Assembly (NCBI GenBank): GCA_023245195.1
Contig: JAHFKU010000001.1
Span: 27,662-91,661, forward strand
DNA length: 64,000 nt
Direction: 5' to 3'
From: Candidatus Staskawiczbacteria bacterium
Lineage (GTDB): Bacteria > Patescibacteriota > Minisyncoccia > Minisyncoccales > Staskawiczbacteraceae
The notes beneath the pieces are model-generated. The model did no database searches, was not told the origin of the DNA, and was given only the letters and a program-made list of their open reading frames with translations. This document shows, piece after piece, positions 1 to 7,633 of this stretch (positions are counted from its first letter, which is position 1; each line of letters begins with the position of its first letter). Both the position numbers and the translations under genes were made by a program.

Positions 1-24
1 TTTTTAAAAAACTTTTATGTTGCT

Positions 25-489
25 TTGATAAAATCTCCGGTAAGTTTTTGCGTAGCGGCTAAAGAAAATAATCAAATAATAGGTTTTGTGGCGGGGGTTT
101 CTAATATGAACGCCTTTTACAAATATTTTCTTACGCACTATTTTTTTCAGTCGTTTCTTATATTACTGCCCAAAATATTTTCTTCGTTTAAAAAAATGCT
201 GGAAACGTTATTATATCCAACAAAAGAACAATCTTTGCCTCCTGCGGAGCTCTTAGTTATCGCTATAAAAAAAGAATTCCAAGGTCAGGGGTTGGGTAAA
301 TCCTTATTGAATGAATTTTTAGTCCAAATGCAAAAAAGAAATATTACTATTTTTAAAGTGGTGGTCGGCGAAGATTTAACTAATGCAATTAAATTTTACG
401 AAAAAAATAATTTTACATTTATAAAAAATATTAACATTCATGGCAGTGCCTCCTCAAGAGTTTACTGCTATGAAGCAATGCAATCATGA
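25..489 (+). CDS. GNAT-family N-acetyltransferase (TTG start)
   Basis: 154-aa ORF with acetyl-CoA binding motif QGQGLGKSLL; fold-level call only. Confidence 0.5.
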   Translation: MIKSPVSFCVAAKENNQIIGFVAGVSNMNAFYKYFLTHYFFQSFLILLPKIFSSFKKMLETLLYPTKEQSLPPAELLVIAIKKEFQGQGLGKSLLNEFLVQMQKRNITIFKVVVGEDLTNAIKFYEKNNFTFIKNINIHGSASSRVYCYEAMQS

Positions 490-1418
490 GCATTATTTTT
501 TATTTTTTAGTGCCCCTTTTTATAGGTATCGTTGCAACATTTCTTCTCATGAAATTTTCCCAAAAAACTAATTTTTTGGTTGACGTATCAGAGGGCGATG
601 CACTAAAAATCCACACAAAAAACATCTCGCTTTTGGGCGGGTCGGCCATGGTGTTTACCTGGCTGGTTGGAACTGTCTTATTGTGGCGTCCGGGTTTTCA
701 TTTGTATGTTATTGCAATTACCGTAGGAATTTTGATGGCATTTTTTCTTGGTTTTTACGATGACTTAAAATGGAAGCATGTTTCTAGGATAAAACCGATG
801 CAAAAATTTATCCTTTTGCTTTTGTGTACTATCGGTTCGTCGGCAGTATTATTGTTTACCGGAATTTCTTTTCGTTTTTTGCCGTATTCCGCTATTTCTT
901 TACTTTTAGGTTTTGCCTATATTTTTGTTTGCATTAATGCTGTTAACTACCAAGATGGGATGGATGGATTGGCTGGAGGTTTGGCGGCCATTTCATTTTT
1001 AGGGTTTAGTTTGTCGGGTATGGCTGCTTACAATGGTTTTACAACGATGATTTCCATTATTGCTCTTGGCGCAGTTACGGCACTTTTATGTTTCAATTTT
1101 CCGCCGGCGAAAATCTTTATGGGGGATTCGGGGGCCTATTTTTTAGGATTTATTTTAGCGGTTTTGGCAATGTTACTTTCAAAACCGTATAATATTTACA
1201 GTGTTTTGGGCCCAATATTTATTATTGGCTTGCCGATTTTTGACGGAGTATACACCAATATCAGAAGAGTGCTGACCGGCAAATCCATCTTTTTGGGCGA
1301 CCGAAGCCACTTTTACGATAAACTGTTACAAAAAGGTTTTTCTACGAAAAAAACTTTAGCCATCTGTTATGGGTTGCAAATCGTGCTTGTTATTCTTGGA
1401 TTAGTGATTATTGCTTAG
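486..1418 (+). CDS. Glycosyltransferase family 4 (MraY/WecA-like polyprenyl-phosphate sugar-1-phosphate transferase)
   Basis: Polytopic membrane protein with motifs NAVNYQDGMDGLAGG and DSGAYFLG typical of the MraY/WecA family. Confidence 0.75.
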   Translation: MSIIFYFLVPLFIGIVATFLLMKFSQKTNFLVDVSEGDALKIHTKNISLLGGSAMVFTWLVGTVLLWRPGFHLYVIAITVGILMAFFLGFYDDLKWKHVSRIKPMQKFILLLLCTIGSSAVLLFTGISFRFLPYSAISLLLGFAYIFVCINAVNYQDGMDGLAGGLAAISFLGFSLSGMAAYNGFTTMISIIALGAVTALLCFNFPPAKIFMGDSGAYFLGFILAVLAMLLSKPYNIYSVLGPIFIIGLPIFDGVYTNIRRVLTGKSIFLGDRSHFYDKLLQKGFSTKKTLAICYGLQIVLVILGLVIIA

Positions 1419-1519
1419 ATCGAACATTGATTTATAGGCAATGCTATGGTATTATTTTACCTAGTCCTGATTGTGGCTCGTTGCCTCAATCTTGAATCAC
1501 AAACACAAGGAGATTTCAA

Positions 1520-2422
1520 ATGAAGCTGATTTCTGCGTCGTCTTTTTATCGCCTGCCGTTTGACGAAAGGGCGCATATTGAAGACGGTTCTTTCCTTAAC
1601 GCGCGGGCAAAGCTCTTTGGGGTCGCCGATGGCGTCTCCGAGGCGTACAGTCCTAGTAATCCGCCACTGATGTATGAAGATCTCTACGATTCTCGCTTTC
1701 ATAAGAAAGGCATCACCAGCGGTCAGATGATTGCGTCTTTGTTTGCTGGTAACGGTGCATCGCTACTTCCAACGTACGATGCCGAGGAGTTTCTACTCGG
1801 TATTAATAACCGCATTCTCGCCACCCACAGGCAAATGAGGAAAGATCCTATCAAGGGTGACGATGTTGGCGGTGCAAGCTTCTGCGTTTGCAAGATTTGT
1901 GACAAGTTCATCACGCTGATCTTCGGCGGTGATTGTTTCGCTCTCGTTAAGACAGAAGAGGGATACCAGTTCTTCTCTGGGTTTGACGAAGCGGCCTTCA
2001 AAGTAGAGAAGGAGGATAACGAGGCCTACACCCGATATCTTCAAAAAGCAGAAGGCAATAGGGGACTGGCATGGGATCTATATTGGCCCGAATATAGAGC
2101 CAAGCGTCTTCGTATTTCCAACAAGAATCTGGGCAAGGGTGGATCCGCCACACTCAATGGTGATCCGGCTCTAAAAGAATGCTGGTCGGTCAGGCAGATT
2201 AGCCTGTCGTTAAATCCTCGGTTCGTACTGCTGGGTACTGACGGACTTCTACCATCACACAAAACTGATCCCGCAAACAAGGGACTGGCCGAAGAACTAG
2301 GACACCTGTATTCCTTAAGCGGATTATCAGGCGTCCTAAAATGGCGAGATGAAACCGAGCAGTCACTCGCTCACCTCACGGGCTGGCCCGAAGCTTCCGC
2401 GATTGAAATAAAATTCAGTTGA
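1520..2422 (+). CDS. PPM/PP2C-like phosphatase-domain protein on a GC-rich foreign island
   Basis: Motifs FGVADGVSEAY, GGASFCV, FGGDCFAL and LLGTDGL resemble PP2C motifs 1, 4, 5 and 8. GC is ~50% against a ~37% background, with CTG/GGC/GCG-rich codons. A strong SD (ACAAGGAGATTTCAAATG) sits at 1505-1519. Confidence 0.4.
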   Translation: MKLISASSFYRLPFDERAHIEDGSFLNARAKLFGVADGVSEAYSPSNPPLMYEDLYDSRFHKKGITSGQMIASLFAGNGASLLPTYDAEEFLLGINNRILATHRQMRKDPIKGDDVGGASFCVCKICDKFITLIFGGDCFALVKTEEGYQFFSGFDEAAFKVEKEDNEAYTRYLQKAEGNRGLAWDLYWPEYRAKRLRISNKNLGKGGSATLNGDPALKECWSVRQISLSLNPRFVLLGTDGLLPSHKTDPANKGLAEELGHLYSLSGLSGVLKWRDETEQSLAHLTGWPEASAIEIKFS

Positions 2423-2615
2423 AATTTCACCATACCGCAACCTGTCAAGGAAGCGGTTTTTTTATTTGATTTAAGTTATAAATCTGATAGTATTTAGGTA
2501 ATATGCAAAGCATATATTTTATCACTCGGTCGGCATCCAAAAATGCTCGCGCAAAAATTAAAACGAATTTTAATTTTTGCGCTTACAATTTCGTCTGCCT
2601 CCCTCCTTCATAAAT

Positions 2616-3755
2616 ATGAACATCCCCCTATTTAAAATTTACTGGGACCAAGATGATATTACTGCCGTAAATAAGGCCATAAAATCTGGCTGGGGCTGGG
2701 CGATTGGGCCCCAAGTGGAAAAATTTGAAGAAAAATTGGCAACATATGTCGGCACAAAGTATGCTATTACGTTTAACTCTGGCACATCAGCTCTTTATGC
2801 GCTTTTATTGGCTTGCGGGATAAAAGAAGGGGATGAGGTTATTGTGCCATCATTTACGTTTATTGCCACGGCCAATGTGTGCCTTATGGTAGGCGCTGTG
2901 CCGGTGTTTGCTGAAGTAGAAAATCAAACGTACGGCTTGGATCCTAAAGATGTAGAAAGGAAAATAACCAAAAAAACCAAGGCCATCATGCCGGTTCATT
3001 ACGCCGGGCTGGGTTGCAATATTAATGAAATTAAAAAAATCGCTGATGCGCATAATATCTTGTTACTGGAAGACGCAGCAGAATCATTAGGCGCTAAAAT
3101 TGGCAATAAAAAAGTGGGAACGTTTGGATTTGCTTCCATGGTAAGTTTTTGCAGCAATAAAGTGATAACGACCGGAGAAGGCGGGGCGATCGTCACCAAT
3201 TCAAAAGATCTTTATGAAAAATTAAAATTATTGCGGTCGCACGGACGGGCGGAAACTACAAATTATTTTTCTTCATCAGAATACATGGACTATGTAGAGC
3301 TTGGTTATAATTTCAGGATGTCAAACATTACGGCTTCTTTAGCAATTAGCCAGCTTAAAAAAATAGAAAAAATTATCGGCCTGCGGCGCGCCAATGGCGC
3401 TTATCTTTCTAAAAAGCTAGAAGGTGTGCGTCAAATAACATTGCCTCATGCCCCAAAAGATTATGTCCATATTTACCAGATGTTTACCATATATATAGAA
3501 GGCGGAAAAAAAGTGAGGGATGCCTTAAAAAATTATTTGAATAAAAATGGCATTATGGCCAAAGTGTATTTTCATCCTGTCCACCTAACTACGTTTTACC
3601 GTAAAAAATATGGGTATAAAAAAGGATTTTTGCCAAAAACCGAACAGATATCAGATAGTGTATTAACCCTGCCCATGTATCCAGAACTTTCCAAAAAAGA
3701 AATGGATATTATAGCAAGCAATATTAATACTTTTTTCGGGCAATCACATGATTGA
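2616..3755 (+). CDS. DegT/DnrJ/EryC1/StrS-family sugar aminotransferase (PLP-dependent)
   Basis: Strong family-level similarity (NIPLFKIYWD..., GDEVIVPSFTF, internal lysine region). The ORF track starts at 2577, but the ATG at 2616 is preferred because 2548-2582 is a perfect 15-bp-stem hairpin. Confidence 0.85.
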   Translation: MNIPLFKIYWDQDDITAVNKAIKSGWGWAIGPQVEKFEEKLATYVGTKYAITFNSGTSALYALLLACGIKEGDEVIVPSFTFIATANVCLMVGAVPVFAEVENQTYGLDPKDVERKITKKTKAIMPVHYAGLGCNINEIKKIADAHNILLLEDAAESLGAKIGNKKVGTFGFASMVSFCSNKVITTGEGGAIVTNSKDLYEKLKLLRSHGRAETTNYFSSSEYMDYVELGYNFRMSNITASLAISQLKKIEKIIGLRRANGAYLSKKLEGVRQITLPHAPKDYVHIYQMFTIYIEGGKKVRDALKNYLNKNGIMAKVYFHPVHLTTFYRKKYGYKKGFLPKTEQISDSVLTLPMYPELSKKEMDIIASNINTFFGQSHD

Positions 3756-5595
3756 TTTATTTAAAAAAACGGTGGCAAAAAGAATGCTGTTTTTCATTGC
3801 AGCTGATGTTTTTTTTATTGCCCTTTCCATTTGGCTGGCTTTTTTATTCAGATTTGACGGTAAAATTCCAGCCCAGTACGATCCTTTTATTTTGAGGATG
3901 ATAGTACTAGCCATTATTTTTATCATACCGATTTTTTATTTTCACAAATTGTATTCTTTTTCCTGGTCATACGTGAGCGCCAGCGAACTGGTATCGTTAT
4001 TTAATGCTACCACTATTTCTTTTATATTTTTAAGCATTGCTATTTTTATATCCCACTATTTTCCCCATTTTACGAATTTCCCAAGATCAACTATTTTTAT
4101 AAGTTATATATTGGTCTTTATTTTTACCAGTGCGATACGTTTTTCAAAACGGGTTTATTCCCACAGGTTAGAATTTAAAAGAATTCAGGGACAGGAAAGA
4201 ACGCTCATTGTAGGAGCCGGCGACGCGGGCGAGCAAATTTTAAGAAGTATCCTGTCTTCAAAGATTCACGCTTATTTTCCTATTGGATTTGTCGATGATA
4301 ATCCCATGAAAAAGGGAGTTAAAATCCACGGGCTTAATGTATTTGGGAAAATTTCTGATATACCGGCTATTGTAACAAGTCAGCAAATTAAGCAGTTGAT
4401 TATTGCGCTTCCTTCGGCTAGTTCTACCGCCATAAGAAATGCGGTTGAGCTTGGCAAAAGTGCTGGAGTGCGCAAGATTAAAATTGCCCCGCCTCTCAAT
4501 GAAATTATCCGAGGCCAGGTATCTTTGAAAAATTTACGAGATGTTGATGTGGAAGATTTGCTGGGGCGAGACGCCGTGGTACTGGATAAAAAACAGATAG
4601 AACAATTTATAAAAAATAAGATAGTATTAATTACAGGAGCTGCCGGTTCTATCGGTTCTGAACTTTCGCGCCAGGTGGCAAAGTTTAAGCCATCACTGTT
4701 AGTTTTATTGGATCAAGACGAAACTGGCATGTTTCATATTGCTGGTGAAATAAAAAGTAAGTTTGATACCGTGATTACCCAATCTTTAGTGGCAGATATA
4801 ACCGACAAAGAGAAAATGCACGAAGTATTTGGTCGCTATCATCCGGAAATAGTATTTCATGCCGCTGCTTATAAGCATGTTCCATTAATGGAAGACCAGC
4901 CCGATGAAGCTGTAAAAAATAATATTTTTGGCACCAAGGTTTTAATAGAAGCGAGCCTTAGTGCTCGCGTGCAGAAGTTTATTTTTATTTCAACTGACAA
5001 GGCGGTGAACCCTACATCAGTTATGGGTGGCAGTAAGCGAATTAGCGAGATGCTTTGCCAGGCTTATAACCAAAAAAACAGCACTAAATTTATTTCTGTA
5101 CGCTTTGGCAATGTGCTAAATAGCAGGGGTAGTGTTATTCCTATTTTTAAAGAACAAATCAGAAGAGGGGGGCCGGTGGAAGTTACACATCCCGAAATGC
5201 AGCGATATTTCATGTTAACCAGCGAAGCGTGTTTGCTCGTTATGCAGGCAGGAGCCATGGGCCAAGGGGGCGAAGTGTTTGTGTTGGACATGGGCAAACC
5301 CGTTAAAATTTTGGACTTAGCGCGGGAAATGATACGGTTGTCAGGATTTGAACCCGACAAAGATATCGCCATTATTTTTACCGGAATCCGGCCCGGAGAA
5401 AAATTATTTGAAGAAATTTTGACTGCCCAAGAAGGAGTTGCTGCCACTCAGCACCAGAAAATTTTTATCGCCAAGATGGCCGATGTGCATTTTTCTAATA
5501 TCAATGCCACGTTAGACGATTTAAAGAACAGTATCTATAAAAACAATAAAGAGATGATTGCCAGCAGTATTAAACATATAATTCAAAGTTCTTAA
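3748..5595 (+). CDS. CapD/PglF/WbpM-like membrane-anchored nucleotide-sugar 4,6-dehydratase
   Basis: N-terminal TM segments followed by a Rossmann fold (LITGAAGSIGSEL) and an SDR catalytic region; 4-nt overlap with the upstream aminotransferase. Confidence 0.85.
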   Translation: MIDLFKKTVAKRMLFFIAADVFFIALSIWLAFLFRFDGKIPAQYDPFILRMIVLAIIFIIPIFYFHKLYSFSWSYVSASELVSLFNATTISFIFLSIAIFISHYFPHFTNFPRSTIFISYILVFIFTSAIRFSKRVYSHRLEFKRIQGQERTLIVGAGDAGEQILRSILSSKIHAYFPIGFVDDNPMKKGVKIHGLNVFGKISDIPAIVTSQQIKQLIIALPSASSTAIRNAVELGKSAGVRKIKIAPPLNEIIRGQVSLKNLRDVDVEDLLGRDAVVLDKKQIEQFIKNKIVLITGAAGSIGSELSRQVAKFKPSLLVLLDQDETGMFHIAGEIKSKFDTVITQSLVADITDKEKMHEVFGRYHPEIVFHAAAYKHVPLMEDQPDEAVKNNIFGTKVLIEASLSARVQKFIFISTDKAVNPTSVMGGSKRISEMLCQAYNQKNSTKFISVRFGNVLNSRGSVIPIFKEQIRRGGPVEVTHPEMQRYFMLTSEACLLVMQAGAMGQGGEVFVLDMGKPVKILDLAREMIRLSGFEPDKDIAIIFTGIRPGEKLFEEILTAQEGVAATQHQKIFIAKMADVHFSNINATLDDLKNSIYKNNKEMIASSIKHIIQSS

Positions 5596-5597
5596 CT

Positions 5598-5963
5598 ATG
5601 GATCATTTTAAACGCGTTGCCAATGATGCTCGAAAAAAAGTGCTCGAAATGGTACACAGGGGTCAAACCAGCCATATCGGGTCTAATTTTTCTTCCATGG
5701 ACATTCTGGCCGTTTTGTTTTCTAAATTGAATTTAGATAAAGATTTAAAGCCGGATCGCGATCGATTTGTGCTTTCCAAGGGTTGGGTAGCCGCCGCTTT
5801 GTATTACTTCTTAGCCGAAAAAGGCATTATTCCCAAAGAAGACTTAGAGGAATTTGGCAAAGAAGGATCCCCATATATCGGTTTGGCTGAGGTGATGGAA
5901 AAAGAAGTACCATGTGATTCTTGCCATGGGACAGGGATTGACGATAAACCGATTAAAAACTAA
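5598..5963 (+). CDS. Transketolase N-terminal subunit, fragment a (split gene), with non-transketolase tail ending CDSCHGTG
   Basis: HIGSNFSSMDILAVLF and DRDRFVLSKG align to the transketolase thiamine-diphosphate domain up to about GSPYIG. It then diverges into EVPCDSCHGTGIDDKPIKN. Confidence 0.7.
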   Translation: MDHFKRVANDARKKVLEMVHRGQTSHIGSNFSSMDILAVLFSKLNLDKDLKPDRDRFVLSKGWVAAALYYFLAEKGIIPKEDLEEFGKEGSPYIGLAEVMEKEVPCDSCHGTGIDDKPIKN

Positions 5964-5972
5964 AATTAATAT

Positions 5973-6521
5973 GTGGTTAAAACTTGCCAAACTTGTAATA
6001 AAGAATTTATACCAAAGGATGACAGGCCATCAAGACCTGCTAAGTTTTGTTCGCGTAGATGCATTCGAAACAGTACTCAGTTTAAAATAGGTCACAAACT
6101 TACGCCGCTTGGAAATAGGCGATGGGATAATCCGGCCACAAAGATGACATGGTTTAAAAAAGGTGTTCATTCATATCCTTTTGCTACCAATTTTAAGAAA
6201 GGATTTACGCCATGGAACGCGGGAAAAGATTTCGGAGGGACGGAATATATAGCAAAAAGAATAACTTGGTTGCAACAATATAAGAAATGGAAAAAAGAAA
6301 TTAAAATTAGGGATAATTTAAAGTGTATTCAATGTGGTAGTATTAAAAATCTTAATGTTGATCATTATCCGATTTCTTTAGCTGCATTAATCAAAAAGTT
6401 CAACATAAAAAAACCACAAGAAGCAAAAGAGTTCAAAGATTTTTGGGATAAAGGTAATGGCAGGACTCTTTGTCTTTCCTGTCATAAACAAACAGACACT
6501 TATGGAAAAAACTTCGTGTAA
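5973..6521 (+). CDS. Free-standing HNH endonuclease inserted within the transketolase gene
   Basis: N-terminal CxxC...CxxC zinc ribbon; C-terminal CIQCGS...VDHYP...N...CLSCH HNH motif. Confidence 0.75.
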   Translation: MVKTCQTCNKEFIPKDDRPSRPAKFCSRRCIRNSTQFKIGHKLTPLGNRRWDNPATKMTWFKKGVHSYPFATNFKKGFTPWNAGKDFGGTEYIAKRITWLQQYKKWKKEIKIRDNLKCIQCGSIKNLNVDHYPISLAALIKKFNIKKPQEAKEFKDFWDKGNGRTLCLSCHKQTDTYGKNFV

Positions 6522-7044
6522 AAAATGTAACGGTACCGGAAAGATAAAAGAGAATTTCATACCAGTAAATTCTGGGGCCATGGGCCACGGGTTACCCATT
6601 GCTTTAGGTATGGCTCTGGCGGCAAAACGTGGCAATGAAGCATGGAAAACCTACGTTTTAATGTCCGATGGAGAACTGGATTGCGGCACCACTTGGGAAT
6701 GCGCTTTGTTGGCGGGTCACCAGAAATTAAACAATCTAGCAGTAATTATAGATTACAATGGCTTCCAAGCCATGGGCACTAAAAAGGAAGTATTAGACGT
6801 GGAACCGCTGGCTGATAAGTGGCGCGCTTTCAATTGGGAGGTCGTAGAAATTGATGGGCACGATTACCAACAGATAAGCGATGCTTTAGATAAAATTACT
6901 ACTGCCCAAAAACCATTGGTGATTATCGCCAAAACCACTAAAGGGAAAGGAGTCTCTTTTTTTGAAGGAAAGCTAGAATGGCACTACAAAACCATCGACC
7001 AAGAGCATTATCAAAAAGCCTTAGAAGAATTAACTAAAGATTAA
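6502..7044 (+). CDS. Transketolase N-terminal subunit, fragment b (split gene), with N-terminal CKKCNGTG
   Basis: GAMGHGLPIALGMALA, LMSDGELDCG and IIDYNG align to the second half of the transketolase thiamine-diphosphate domain. The track start is 6457; the internal ATG at 6502 is more likely and overlaps the HNH gene by 20 nt. Confidence 0.7.
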   Translation: MEKTSCKKCNGTGKIKENFIPVNSGAMGHGLPIALGMALAAKRGNEAWKTYVLMSDGELDCGTTWECALLAGHQKLNNLAVIIDYNGFQAMGTKKEVLDVEPLADKWRAFNWEVVEIDGHDYQQISDALDKITTAQKPLVIIAKTTKGKGVSFFEGKLEWHYKTIDQEHYQKALEELTKD

Positions 7045-7050
7045 CATCAT

Positions 7051-7614
7051 ATGATGGATGATAAGCAATCATCAATCCCTGGCTTTACCAAGGGATTGCC
7101 AAATGAGATACAAAAAGAAACAACGGCCCGCAACGCCCGCGGCGTTTTTATGGAAACTCTGGAAGAATTAGTTCAAAAAGATCCGCGCATTATATTAGTG
7201 GTGGGAGACGTCGGTTTTTCCTACATGCAGGAATTTCAAAAAAAATACCCAAATCAATACATCAACACCGGCGTCATGGAACAATCTTTTATGGGGATCG
7301 CAGCGGGACTAGCCCAAAGTGGATGGAAACCGTATGTGTATTCTATGGTTCCGTTTGTCATTATGCGAAACTACGAACAGCTACGAAACGATGTCTGTTA
7401 CGCCAATGCTAATGTGAAACTGATCGGCGCGGTTGGCAATGTGCACTATCGCTTTCAGGGCATGAGCCACAACTTACTGGGAACAGAAAACGAAGAAGAC
7501 TTATTAAAGAATCTTCCCAATATCCAGCGTTTTTATCCCAAAGATACCCAGGAAGTTAGAAAGATTGTGCTGGAAACATATCGCGATAGCAAACCGACCT
7601 ATATTAGGCTATGA
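7051..7614 (+). CDS. Transketolase C-terminal subunit, pyrimidine-binding domain only (lacks the C-terminal domain)
   Basis: MEQSFMGIAAGLAQSG, MRNYEQLRND and KLIGA match the transketolase Pyr domain. The ORF ends at PTYIRL, ~120 aa shorter than canonical C-subunits. Confidence 0.65.
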   Translation: MMDDKQSSIPGFTKGLPNEIQKETTARNARGVFMETLEELVQKDPRIILVVGDVGFSYMQEFQKKYPNQYINTGVMEQSFMGIAAGLAQSGWKPYVYSMVPFVIMRNYEQLRNDVCYANANVKLIGAVGNVHYRFQGMSHNLLGTENEEDLLKNLPNIQRFYPKDTQEVRKIVLETYRDSKPTYIRL

Positions 7615-7633
7615 TTAGGTCTAATCATAAAAA

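Noticed and set aside
1457-2280. Minus-strand ORFs 1457-1702, 1723-2001, 1793-2044 and 2041-2280
   Set aside because: They are antisense to the GC-rich PP2C-like gene. High GC inflates random ORF length. The plus-strand ORF has PP2C-like motifs and an SD.
5911-6570. Intein as the inserted element in transketolase
   Set aside because: The insertion has its own stop codon and a separate ORF start. No Cys/Ser at an intein N-terminus or HN plus Cys/Ser/Thr at a C-terminal splice junction is present, so a free-standing HNH gene fits better.
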